Below the pieces are notes generated by a model. The model made no database searches and had not been told where the DNA came from. It was given only the letters and a program-made list of their open reading frames with translations. From the IMG/VR virus record IMGVR_UViG_3300025927_000002: a stretch of DNA of 64,000 bases; one strand, 5' to 3'. The number at the start of each line of letters is the position of its first letter. Within the stretch, counting starts at the first letter, position 1. The position numbers were made by a program, and so were the translations under genes. This DNA comes from an uncultured virus (IMG/VR IMGVR_UViG_3300025927_000002) (taxonomy: Duplodnaviria; Heunggongvirae; Uroviricota; Caudoviricetes). Shown piece after piece: positions 46,965-55,500 of this stretch.

Positions 46965-47083
46965 GCCTAGCTAGCTTCCTCTGCAGAATGCGGAGATCAA
47001 GCCGCCTGCCGTTTTCGGCAGCGGTTACGACCGTCTGCGCTTCCTCGGCGACATCACGCAGATAGGCTAGCTCTCGTGCCGTG

Positions 47084-47338
47084 TCAGTCATCGCGCAGTG
47101 ACTCGTGGTCACCGCTGGCAATGCAGTCGGCGGCATCCATTACAGCTCCGTACTCAGGGCCGGTCTCACAAAATACGTCTTTCGCCGCCATGTGCAGCCA
47201 CGCGACAATTGCGGCGCGCTCCCCGGCGGCGATTTCTACCTGCATGCGCTCCGCCGTCTCGCAGGGGCCATCACCCTCAGCTTTCGGACCATCGCATGTA
47301 ATAACATGACAAAATTTCTCGCATACCTTATTCATCAA
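47084..47338 (-). CDS. hypothetical phage protein
   Basis: ERAAIVAWL...AAD.I..G.H motif. Confidence 0.6.
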   Translation of the reverse strand: MMNKVCEKFCHVITCDGPKAEGDGPCETAERMQVEIAAGERAAIVAWLHMAAKDVFCETGPEYGAVMDAADCIASGDHESLRDD

Positions 47339-47557
47339 TCACCTGATCCCCCATATCACCCACAGCACGCCGAGCACGCCGAGCATCGCGCCGGTGGCAA
47401 AGGCAACCACGCGGTCGATGACAAGCGGCCAGTCGCGCCGGAGGCGCGGCATCGGCGCGGCTATTGAGTAACCAGCGACGAGCCGGTCGAGATGCAGCTC
47501 GGCAAGCTGCTGCACAAGGATTTTTTCGTACCGCGCTTGCGCGCCCTCATCTCGCAT
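47339..47557 (-). CDS. small membrane protein
   Basis: GGAG at the end of the array serves as RBS; C-terminal TM. Confidence 0.5.
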   Translation of the reverse strand: MRDEGAQARYEKILVQQLAELHLDRLVAGYSIAAPMPRLRRDWPLVIDRVVAFATGAMLGVLGVLWVIWGIR

Positions 47558-47564
47558 TGCCATC

Positions 47565-48108
47565 TCCCTGCCTACCGCGCCGAGCCGAGCCAAACCCCGC
47601 CGTGCCAAACCCTGCCATGCCTGCCGGGCCAGTCCCTGCCGCGCCCCGCCAAGCCAAGTCATGCCTGCCAAGCCGGGCCACGCCCCGCCAATCCAAACCG
47701 TGCCACGCCAAGCCGCGCCTGCCGGGCCACGCCCCGCCAATCCAAACCGTGCCCCGCCAAGCCCCGCCTGCCGGGCCATACCTCGCCCATCCGCGCCACG
47801 CCTTGCCTAGCCCGCTAAGCCGGGCCACGCCCCGCCAATCCAAACCGTGCCTCGCCGGGCCTGCCATGCCAACCGCGCCAAGCCCCGTCCCGCCCAGCCA
47901 AGCCAGCTCTGCCACGCCGATCCGAGCCCAGCGCTGCCGTGCCGATCCGAGCCTTTCCGCGCCAGCCATGCCACGCCCTGCCCCGTCCCACCGTGCCTTG
48001 CCGCGCCAGCCTGGCCGCGCCAAGCCCCGCCGCGCCGAGCCGGACCATGCCTGCCCAGCCAAGCCCCGCCTCGCCTTCCCAGCCTCGCCCTGCCCTGCCG
48101 AGCCTGCC
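47565..48108 (-). ncRNA. GGY-NN pentamer array (putative guide-RNA array, VIPR-like)
   Basis: 544 nt parse exactly as 112 triplets (86 GGC, 10 GGT, 9 GGA, 7 other), 97 variable dinucleotides and 14 single-nt spacers. Confidence 0.85.
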
Positions 48109-48123
48109 GTGTCCAAATGTTCG

Positions 48124-48573
48124 TTATTCCACCGGCTCGACGAGCTGCTCGCTTTTCCGTTCGCTTACTCGGCCGACATCTACTCGGTCGGCTGCCTCGA
48201 AAATGCGGACAAGCTCTCGCATGTACTGATACTTACGTTGCCAAACCCGAAACTCGGAGAGTGCTTGTGAAAGAGCCAACGCGCGCAACTCGGTATCGGA
48301 CATCACCTCATCGATAGAGCGATATCCACCCTCGGTATGGCGATCTTGTATAAGCGAAATTGTTGCTCGTTTGCCTTCGTCCGAAACCACATGCACCGCG
48401 ATCAAACGACGAACCTGCTGTAGGCGCCACTCTTCGGCCGCGAGGCCGTCGTCCCACTCTAAGCGCTTATGCAACTCGCTCTCAGGGTTCTTGCGAGCCC
48501 ATTCAACAACGTTGTGCGGTTTGATAAACCCGGCACTATCAGTCAGATCAAGAAGCTCCCGCTCTACAGTCAT
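48124..48573 (-). CDS. accessory protein of the RAMP-array locus
   Basis: P..VV.WAR.NP.S.LH...EWDD..AAE.WRL.Q.R.LI; ATGA-coupled to the RAMP gene. Confidence 0.8.
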   Translation of the reverse strand: MTVERELLDLTDSAGFIKPHNVVEWARKNPESELHKRLEWDDGLAAEEWRLQQVRRLIAVHVVSDEGKRATISLIQDRHTEGGYRSIDEVMSDTELRALALSQALSEFRVWQRKYQYMRELVRIFEAADRVDVGRVSERKSEQLVEPVE

Positions 48574-49229
48574 GATGCCAACTCCCATGTACCAAAGCCG
48601 ATGCCATTGCTATTTTTACTGAATGGCCGGCCTTCTCCGATACCGACCTGGATGCCGGCACGTGCCAGCAAATTTACGACGTCACCAGCCGAGAATTGAT
48701 CACCATCCCAGCGCAGATTCACGACGCACTCCCACTTCGACCATATCGGCCGACAGCGTAGATCGACGACACCAGAATCGTTGCGGACCGGGATAATTTT
48801 ATGATCCTCGTCTGGGGCGCCCTCGATCCGTAAAAGCGGTGTTCCGTCTTCGGCGTCGTACCCATCCGCCTCGACAAAGATACTCATCTTTGCCCGTGTC
48901 ATTTGGAACCCGCTCATACGACAGGCATCAATAAGGGCGGCGCGGAACCCAGGGGCCGGGATGCCATACCAGCCATCCGTTGCAACGTGAGCTGCGGCTT
49001 TCCAGTCCGCCTCGAAATCACGGGCGTCACGTTTGGCGCCCTTTTTTGAGCGCGCCCCCATCCGATGCTTTTCTTCGAGGATATCCAGGGCCTTCTTGGA
49101 GAACTTGTGCTGCATATACGGGGCTGTGCCGCGGATACGGATCGCACCTCGATCAAACTTTGGTGCCGCGATCGTAATCGCGGAATCTGACGTCGCGGCG
49201 GTGCTATTCAGAATGTCAAGAGGCATCAT
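48570..49229 (-). CDS. Cas7/RAMP-like RNA-binding protein (Vipr-like)
   Basis: Beta1 IRIRGTAPY, YGIPAPGFRAAL (compare IPGSS.KG.LR), C-terminal Gly loop GIGEGRP...GIGFGTW; GGAG RBS. Confidence 0.75.
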   Translation of the reverse strand: MMPLDILNSTAATSDSAITIAAPKFDRGAIRIRGTAPYMQHKFSKKALDILEEKHRMGARSKKGAKRDARDFEADWKAAAHVATDGWYGIPAPGFRAALIDACRMSGFQMTRAKMSIFVEADGYDAEDGTPLLRIEGAPDEDHKIIPVRNDSGVVDLRCRPIWSKWECVVNLRWDGDQFSAGDVVNLLARAGIQVGIGEGRPFSKNSNGIGFGTWELAS

Positions 49230-49257
49230 AGATTCTCCGGATGGTTGGTTGAAATAC

Positions 49258-49545
49258 CTACAAGGCACGACTAAAATAATCGCGCCGCTCCTCCCGCCGT
49301 TCAGCGGACGAAGCGCTCGCCTCCAGCTCATCGAGCCTGGCTTCGAGTTCGGCGATGATCCGGCCAACGTGATCGGCGCGGTGCTCCCATGTCGAGATTG
49401 CCGCGCGCACGGTCTCGATGTTGTCGCTGCCGATTTCGTGCGGCATCGGCGGGCTGGGGTGACCAGCATCTTCGGCAATATCGGCAGTGCGCTCTGCCTC
49501 GTGTGAGGCGAGGTAATCCGGCCAAAAGGTATCGGGCACGGTCAT
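49258..49545 (-). CDS. hypothetical protein
   Basis: Coupled ORF in the leftward operon. Confidence 0.6.
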   Translation of the reverse strand: MTVPDTFWPDYLASHEAERTADIAEDAGHPSPPMPHEIGSDNIETVRAAISTWEHRADHVGRIIAELEARLDELEASASSAERREERRDYFSRAL

Positions 49546-49754
49546 GGCGGATACTCAAACGGAGCCCGCTCATTCCAGGCGATCGCGGCGAGTTCTTCCG
49601 CCCCCTTGCCGTGAACTTCAGGACCCCGGCAATCGCAGTGCGCACACCCAACGTATGCGCTTACGGTTTCCCAGGATTCACCTGCGGTAATACTGATCCC
49701 GTAGCCTCCTGCTCCGCAGAACGGGCAATGCTTTAATGGCGCGATGTCATTCAT
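49542..49754 (-). CDS. Lar-family restriction-alleviation-like zinc protein
   Basis: LKHCPFCG...VGC..C...GP...AIAWNER. Confidence 0.75.
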   Translation of the reverse strand: MNDIAPLKHCPFCGAGGYGISITAGESWETVSAYVGCAHCDCRGPEVHGKGAEELAAIAWNERAPFEYPP

Positions 49755-50187
49755 CGCTGCGTCCTCCTAAGCCCGCCGGCGCAGGGGGGATTGCGCCGGC
49801 GGGTAGGCACGCGCCGCGGCCAGGAGTCGGAGCCCGCGCGCTCTCGGCACTAGCGTCGTGATTCGCCCACCGAGGGTCTGGTGAAGAGGATGGATCGCTG
49901 GCTTTCGCGAGCGCAGCTATTACCTGCTGCCGCACCGCTCCATTTGTATGGGTGTACGGCTCAGCCGCTTTCAGCGCGGCGACCAAATAATCGAAAGCAT
50001 TAACCGCACGGACGATTAGACGGGCATTGGCCTCGGCTTCAGACCCATGCGGAGCTGTCGTCCAGCATGTCGCAATCAGACCACAAGCGACAAAGGTGCT
50101 CTCGTCTATGTGCCATATCCCAGGCTGTGATTGATTGCATACCCACGGGAGCGAGGTTGCGCTCACCGGCTTTTTTGTGGCGCTCAT
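49747..50187 (-). CDS. hypothetical phage protein
   Basis: PW...EANARLIVRAVN...L.AAL motif. Confidence 0.7.
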   Translation of the reverse strand: MSATKKPVSATSLPWVCNQSQPGIWHIDESTFVACGLIATCWTTAPHGSEAEANARLIVRAVNAFDYLVAALKAAEPYTHTNGAVRQQVIAALAKASDPSSSPDPRWANHDASAESARAPTPGRGACLPAGAIPPAPAGLGGRSDE

Positions 50188-50867
50188 GACTGGCGACCCC
50201 CCATGAACAGATCGACAACCATCTCATTGAACCGCTTTTTGGCGGCGGCCCAGGCGGCGGCCCTGGCGGCGTCGGCGGCGGCCCTGGCGGCGGCCCTGGC
50301 GGCGGCCCTGGCGGCGTCGCCGGCGGCCCAGGCGGCGTCGGCGGCGGCGCAGGCGGCGGCCCAGGCGGCCCAGGCGGCGGCGGCGGTGCCGGCGGCGGTG
50401 CAGGCGGCGGTGCAGGCGGCCCCCGCGGCGGCGCCGGTGGCGGCCCTGGCGGCCTCCCTGGAGGCGGTGCAGGCGGCGGCTCTGAGCGTCTCGTCGCCCG
50501 CTTCGAGGTATTCTTTGACAACGGGCGGCGCCTCCCAAAAGTGGATCACCGACAATGCCTGCTCGCGCGCAAACTTCCGCAGCGTGTTTGTTGCATTGCG
50601 CATATCGACATATTCACGATACCTCGCACCCAGTTTATCATCATCCTCGACAACATCGCCCCAACAGCGGACCCGGTACAAATACTGTCCAGGGGCGTAG
50701 GTCAAAGCATCAAACGGGTCGCGAGATGCGTGGAGCGCGTTGTCGCAAAGGACGATATCGCCACCAACCGAATGCGATTCGCCGACGACAATTAGGCGAC
50801 CATCGCCATGCGGCAGGCAATCGGACGCGGAGAACCACCACGCATCAATCTTCTTCGGAGCGCTCAC
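50184..50867 (-). CDS. phage protein with Ala-rich AAWAA repeats
   Basis: LC..ALHAS....DAL.YA.G; coding Ala repeat at about 50240-50480. Confidence 0.75.
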   Translation of the reverse strand: MSAPKKIDAWWFSASDCLPHGDGRLIVVGESHSVGGDIVLCDNALHASRDPFDALTYAPGQYLYRVRCWGDVVEDDDKLGARYREYVDMRNATNTLRKFAREQALSVIHFWEAPPVVKEYLEAGDETLRAAACTASREAARAATGAAAGAACTAACTAAGTAAAAWAAWAAACAAADAAWAAGDAARAAARAAARAAADAARAAAWAAAKKRFNEMVVDLFMGGRQS

Positions 50868-51052
50868 GACCGCATCTCGCGATCGAGCGTGGCGAGATAC
50901 TCGCCGACAACATCCGCGGCGCTCAGGGCGCTGTCGATGCGGCCGAGTTTTATCGCCTGCCGCAGGGTGAAGAGCGCCTGCGTTGCTCTCGCGAGTGTCG
51001 CGGGTCGCACCGCATAAAGGGTGTCGTCGTCCGTTCCGGTGCCGTCATCCAT
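50864..51052 (-). CDS. first gene of the leftward early operon
   Basis: GGGGAG RBS downstream of PL. Confidence 0.6.
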   Translation of the reverse strand: MDDGTGTDDDTLYAVRPATLARATQALFTLRQAIKLGRIDSALSAADVVGEYLATLDREMRS

Positions 51053-51113
51053 GACCGCTCTCCCCGATCAGCCGTCGCCCTCCTGGGCGGATAGATCCGG
51101 TCTGACAAAGAGC

Positions 51114-51143
51114 ACCCTAGTGGGAAGTTTCCCACACCGTCAA
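51114..51143 (-). promoter_or_regulatory. PL promoter with operator OL (51120-51135)
   Basis: TTGACG-N18-TAGGGT with GTGGGAAGTTTCCCAC in the spacer. Confidence 0.85.
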
Positions 51144-51432
51144 GCGGAAAATCGCGCGGTCCGGAAACCGGAATGATCTTACCTGGAATAACCTTTGTAC
51201 GAAAACGTACTTTATGCCGTAAGATGCGGCGTTGTCGTCAATCTGAGTGGCGGCAACCCCTCCGAACAGGTAGCGTTAATAAGGGAAATAGTGTGATGCT
51301 GGCGATAGTCGGAGGGGCGGACACGGAAACCACGAAGATGGCCACAACCCTAGGCGTCCCCCCGCTTACAGCGTTAAAAATCCGTGAATTTGCCGGCGTT
51401 TTTGCCGTGATGATGCTGGCGCTCGACCCCGA

Positions 51433-51924
51433 CTACGATTTCACACGCTCGAATTTCGCCAGCTCCGACCTCAACATCACTGATATCATGTGCAGGGCGG
51501 CCGTATTATCCAGCGCGTTAGAGTCAATCCGGCGCAACTCAATCAATTGTTGATGCGCTAGCGCGGCCAGGCCGGCGATGACGTGTGGCTTGGTTATCAA
51601 CGGGTTGTCGTGATTTTTCATATCCATCGCTGCCGCGACCAGCTCTAGCGCGACATGCAACAGCCGCGGGTCGCAGCGATTGTCGGGGGCCTCAGTGACC
51701 CCAAGCAGCTCAGGAACCCCGCCAGGAAACTTAAAAGCCGCGGCAAGCTGCACGAGCTTGCGCAGGTTCGGCCAATGGCCAGTCTCCATATCATGGATGG
51801 CTTTTGCCTGAACTTTCGAGCGCTTTAAGAGCGCGGTCCGCGACATGCCAAGTCGCTCAACTTGGGCATCTATGCGGCGCGCTATATTAACAGGGTGCCA
51901 CGGGGCATCAGGTGTTATCAGCAT
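51433..51924 (-). CDS. CI-like HTH repressor
   Basis: GMSRTALLKRS.V...AIHDME.G.WP.L.KL..LA; divergent from the cro-like gene and flanked by operators. Confidence 0.75.
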   Translation of the reverse strand: MLITPDAPWHPVNIARRIDAQVERLGMSRTALLKRSKVQAKAIHDMETGHWPNLRKLVQLAAAFKFPGGVPELLGVTEAPDNRCDPRLLHVALELVAAAMDMKNHDNPLITKPHVIAGLAALAHQQLIELRRIDSNALDNTAALHMISVMLRSELAKFERVKS

Positions 51925-51940
51925 GTCCGAGCATACCAGA

Positions 51941-51956
51941 GTGGGAACTTTCCCAC
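51941..51956. promoter_or_regulatory. operator OR
   Basis: GTGGGAACTTTCCCAC. Confidence 0.85.
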
Positions 51957-51975
51957 CAAGCGAGATATTTTTCGC

Positions 51976-52004
51976 TTGCCCCGTGGGAATTTTCCCACTA
52001 GCCT
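51976..52004 (+). promoter_or_regulatory. PR promoter with operator (51983-51998)
   Basis: TTGCCC-N17-TAGCCT with GTGGGAATTTTCCCAC in the spacer; cro appears leaderless. Confidence 0.8.
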
Positions 52005-52010
52005 GCGGCA

Positions 52011-52256
52011 ATGTTGACGTCTCGCCATCTGGCAACGCTCGCGGAGGCATTTGTCTCCTCAGGGAAAATGTCCCTCACTGGGCTGGGAAAGAGCTTATTC
52101 AACGATCACCGGTTTTTCAAACGTTTGATCGCGGGGAGAGATTGCACCACCGATAGCGCAGCGACGGCAACGCGCTTTTTCGTCGCAAATTGGCCCGCTG
52201 AGGCTGTGTGGCCTGCGGAAGTTCCGCGCCCGCCTTTGCCGGAGACCGCACCATGA
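52011..52256 (+). CDS. Cro-like regulator
   Basis: LA.AF......S...LG..LFND...F.RL..G....WP..AVWP..V.RP, an alphaproteobacterial Cro family. Confidence 0.8.
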   Translation: MLTSRHLATLAEAFVSSGKMSLTGLGKSLFNDHRFFKRLIAGRDCTTDSAATATRFFVANWPAEAVWPAEVPRPPLPETAP

Positions 52257-52615
52257 GCCACTGCCGAGGCTGCGGCAACCCGATCCCGCCGCGTAGGTAC
52301 GCGCCGGCGCATTGCGGCCCGGCATGCGTGGATCTGGCGGTCGAGCGCGCCATCACGAAGGCGATAGGCCCAAAAGCTCCGGCTAATCGGCGCAAGGGCG
52401 TGACGCGATGCGCTCGGTGTGGCGCCGACCTGCCCCCCAAGCGACTGAAATTTTGTTCAGCCATCTGTGTCAAAGCACATCGGGCGGATGCGAAATCCCA
52501 GGCCACGACACGATGGTGTCTGGAGTGCGGCAACGATTTGTCGCCGAAGCATTTGCGCTTTTGTTCGCGCATTTGCAGCGACGATTACAAACGCGCCATG
52601 AGGGCATTAGCATGA
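52253..52615 (+). CDS. zinc-ribbon repeat protein
   Basis: Three CxxC...CxxxC units. Confidence 0.65.
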   Translation: MSHCRGCGNPIPPRRYAPAHCGPACVDLAVERAITKAIGPKAPANRRKGVTRCARCGADLPPKRLKFCSAICVKAHRADAKSQATTRWCLECGNDLSPKHLRFCSRICSDDYKRAMRALA

Positions 52616-52885
52616 TCCAGTTTCGACTCACTCCATGCGGATGGACGATGTTTGGCGTGTCGGCCTTCTGGGTCAGCATCGTTGAATACCTGCATTTCAC
52701 CGGATGGCTGTGATCGGCCGTCCTGTTAAGCGCGAAAAGCGCGGTTGCCGCCGCGCTCTGCGTGAACTTGCCTATTCCTTGGATTGCCTCTCGGCTTGCC
52801 GGCCTGGGGGCCTCAGTAGGTTTGTGATCCTCGCTTACTCCGTTCGCCATGGCTGACAACCTATCGACGGATATCGAGCTAGGAA

Positions 52886-53257
52886 ATGTCCAAAAGGGTC
52901 ATCCAGGTGAGCGTCACAACAGCAGCCATCCTTCGCGATGTCTACGGAGCCAACGCCCGCAAGAAAATATCGCGCCAGTTCGGCGTTGCCCAGCGCACCG
53001 CTAAGGCGTGGCTCGATGGCCTGTTCCCCGAATCCCGAACAGCAGAACTCGCTGCGGTCGTGCGTGAAGACCTGGCCCAGCGCCAGACGCGTTACGCAGA
53101 AATCCTAACGCAAATTGGAAAACATAATGAAAAAGCCGGGAGTAGCGAGACGCGGACTGCAGCGGGGGGCGATGCGCGCAGCGAAGGTCACGGTGCGCGC
53201 CACGAAGATTCTGAACAGCATCGCCGAAGAGTTACTGCGGTTCGCCGATCCCGATAA
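52886..53257 (+). CDS. HTH regulator (CII-like position)
   Basis: ARKKISRQFGVAQRTAKAWL.G..P. Confidence 0.65.
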   Translation: MSKRVIQVSVTTAAILRDVYGANARKKISRQFGVAQRTAKAWLDGLFPESRTAELAAVVREDLAQRQTRYAEILTQIGKHNEKAGSSETRTAAGGDARSEGHGARHEDSEQHRRRVTAVRRSR

Positions 53258-53462
53258 TCCTAAGAACCAATTTGTCACAATCGATGAGGCGATCGCTGAA
53301 CTGAACAGACGAATCGCGACGCACGAACGAGCCCTTTCCGAAACCGGGCTGTCGGGTGGCGATATCGACGACGTGGTCGGGCTGCTGCAAGAGCTGCGCG
53401 AGACCAGAGTGCGGCTGCAAGAGCTGCGCAATTTTAGGAATTATCTAACCGGCGCGGAGTGA
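53127..53462 (+). CDS. hypothetical protein
   Basis: Overlaps the 3' end of the previous ORF. Confidence 0.45.
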   Translation: MKKPGVARRGLQRGAMRAAKVTVRATKILNSIAEELLRFADPDNPKNQFVTIDEAIAELNRRIATHERALSETGLSGGDIDDVVGLLQELRETRVRLQELRNFRNYLTGAE

Positions 53463-53465
53463 GGG

Positions 53466-53846
53466 ATGCTCGATAGCGAAACGCTCACGGCTCGGAACAG
53501 GGACATCGTGCGTCGGGTGCGAGCCGGCAAGACACGCCGGGAGATCGCTCGCGAAACCGGGCTGAATTACAAATGGATCACGATAATCCTGAAGCGCTAC
53601 GAGCACGCCACCGGCGCGAGACTGCCGCGCGATGTGCATGGTTCGCCCTGCCGGCCGCTAACCGAGCGCGACTGTGTGATTGTCAATGAATATCGACGGC
53701 TTGAGTCAGTGCGAAAGGTTGCGGCGCAACGCGGCGTTAGCCACGGTATCGTACGAGGCGCAATCCTGCGGTACGAGCGCGCCACCGGCGAGATAATACC
53801 ACGCACAATGAAGCAGGAAGCGTGGCTCGCGGAACGCGCGACATGA
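53466..53846 (+). CDS. tandem HTH protein
   Basis: Two R...IV...R.....R.IA...G..YE.ATG repeats. Confidence 0.7.
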   Translation: MLDSETLTARNRDIVRRVRAGKTRREIARETGLNYKWITIILKRYEHATGARLPRDVHGSPCRPLTERDCVIVNEYRRLESVRKVAAQRGVSHGIVRGAILRYERATGEIIPRTMKQEAWLAERAT

Positions 53847-54352
53847 ACGCGCTTTGCATCGTCTGCTCCAAGCCGGTCCCGCGACCTGATCGCCGCACAT
53901 GCGGCGGCGCGTGTCTGCGGAAATTGCGCGCCAGCCTGGCGATCAACCTTAATTCCCTGCAACGGGCAGAGGCGATCGCAGCCTACGATCGTCCGGTATG
54001 CATGAACCCGGCATGCGGTGCGCCAATCGTAATCCGTAACGACGAATCTCCCCTCCATTGGAGCCGCCGCAAGACGTGTTCAAAGCCATGCCTCAACGCG
54101 CTCCGCGCAAAGTCCAACGCCGAAAGGCCCCGGCGTAAGGCGGCGCATAAACCGACAAAACGTGCGGTTGCTGCCAAAGAGGCGGCGGAGAGGTACGGAT
54201 CTGACCCCTCCGGCCACAAGCCGCGAAGGCTATCGCGCCCGCCGCGACACGACTCGACATTCGAGACCGTCGCAGAGGCGCGCGCCCGCGGGGTGGAGAT
54301 CAAGAAACTCCCGCCCGCATTCGCCGCGCCGAGCAGTGCGGCAATCAAATGA
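53843..54352 (+). CDS. zinc-finger protein
   Basis: CxxC...TC...C twice. Confidence 0.6.
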   Translation: MNALCIVCSKPVPRPDRRTCGGACLRKLRASLAINLNSLQRAEAIAAYDRPVCMNPACGAPIVIRNDESPLHWSRRKTCSKPCLNALRAKSNAERPRRKAAHKPTKRAVAAKEAAERYGSDPSGHKPRRLSRPPRHDSTFETVAEARARGVEIKKLPPAFAAPSSAAIK

Positions 54353-54765
54353 AGGCACCTTCCATCACGGAAGCACAGCTCCACCGGCAAGTCGCCGACT
54401 ATCTGAGCTGGGCGCTCGACGGTACCTCTTTGTTTTTTCATATCCCGATGGGCGGCAGCCGTCATTTTCTTGAAGCGAAAAATCTGAAAAAGCTCGGCAG
54501 CAGAGCGGGAATTCCAGACATTGCAGTGCTCCATAACGGATGCGCGTTCTTTACCGAATTAAAGACTGACGAGGGGAAATTGTCCGTCTCTCAGAAATAC
54601 ATGATTCCGCTGATTGAGCAAGCCGGATGCCCGGTTGCGGTGTGCCGATCGCTGAAAGATGTGATCGCATTTCTACGCCATCACGGGGTGCCGCTTCGCT
54701 TTGAGCCCATTTCGACCGAGCGCATCCGGCGCGGGTTTGCGAATGCGATGAAGGATGCGGAATGA
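54349..54765 (+). CDS. VRR-NUC domain nuclease
   Basis: E..L...V, FHIP.GG, GIPD, ELKT..GKLS..Q. Confidence 0.85.
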   Translation: MKAPSITEAQLHRQVADYLSWALDGTSLFFHIPMGGSRHFLEAKNLKKLGSRAGIPDIAVLHNGCAFFTELKTDEGKLSVSQKYMIPLIEQAGCPVAVCRSLKDVIAFLRHHGVPLRFEPISTERIRRGFANAMKDAE

Positions 54766-55139
54766 GCGAGTACGAAAAATTCAGCGACCGGGCAGTTAAA
54801 GAACAGCTCGTCGCTGAGCGCGCTGTGAAGGCACCGAACTTACTTTGCTTCATCGAACAATTTCCGTTGGCGATGGTCGCCGTTGCGGGATGCCACGATT
54901 ACGAACGCGGGCCGCTCGTCAAAGGGGACTATCGCCCATCGCTGCTACGGCATCTGTTCAAGATCGGCGAGCATCCGGATCACGACGCGGCGGTCGCCTG
55001 GAACGCGGTGGCACAATTGGAAATCAAGCTCCGGCAGGCGCAGAGCGCGACACCGACAACATTTGGCCCAGCCGAAATCTACGCCGCATCAGCGCCGAGG
55101 GTGTGGCCAGTACACACCACAACCGCACCACGCGAATGA
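54762..55139 (+). CDS. DUF5664-like (dNTP diphosphohydrolase-like) protein
   Basis: FP.A..AVA; Y..SLLRHL; H.AAVAWNA. Confidence 0.6.
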   Translation: MSEYEKFSDRAVKEQLVAERAVKAPNLLCFIEQFPLAMVAVAGCHDYERGPLVKGDYRPSLLRHLFKIGEHPDHDAAVAWNAVAQLEIKLRQAQSATPTTFGPAEIYAASAPRVWPVHTTTAPRE

Positions 55140-55500
55140 TGGGTGAAATGACCACCAGAAAACCGCAGAAGCCACAAAATCGCGCATGGCCATTAAGGGA
55201 GTGGCACGAAGACATGGGAGACCAACTGTGGTGGGTATTCCCAATTAACGAGCCACCATACCGCGGCTCTCCGTTATATAACGATTGGCCTGGGTATCAT
55301 ACCCACTTTACGTCTTATGTGGTTCCGGCATCGGGTAAAGATTAAATGACCGCACCCGAACACGCGCCGCTGAGCGAAGCGGAATTAGAAGCTGACACCT
55401 GGGCGTCCTGGTGGCTTGCGCATCGTGTAATCGGTGAAGAAGTGCGAACCGGGCGCCGCGAGCTGCCGGAATTTTTCAAGAGCAGGCGGGAGCAGGCCAA

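Noticed and set aside
48010..48050. Array unit AT CC TC GC GG TT GC CA as a self-target on the RAMP gene (IPAPGF codons)
   Set aside because: Only 4 of 8 dinucleotides match. I found no convincing self-target by eye, though the search was not exhaustive.
47565..48108. Classical CRISPR array
   Set aside because: No identical 23-47-nt repeats separated by unique spacers.
47464..48317. Long ORFs across the pentamer array in several frames (268, 189, 156 aa)
   Set aside because: GC-rich 5-periodic repeats rarely contain stops; translations are low-complexity in every frame, so these are artefacts.
50240..50480. Second GGC-rich array
   Set aside because: Period is a multiple of 3 and it encodes the Ala-rich AAWAA tract of a normal phage protein.
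51173..51553. 126-aa plus-strand ORF
   Set aside because: Overlaps the repressor antisense and has no recognisable motif; a shorter version remains possible.
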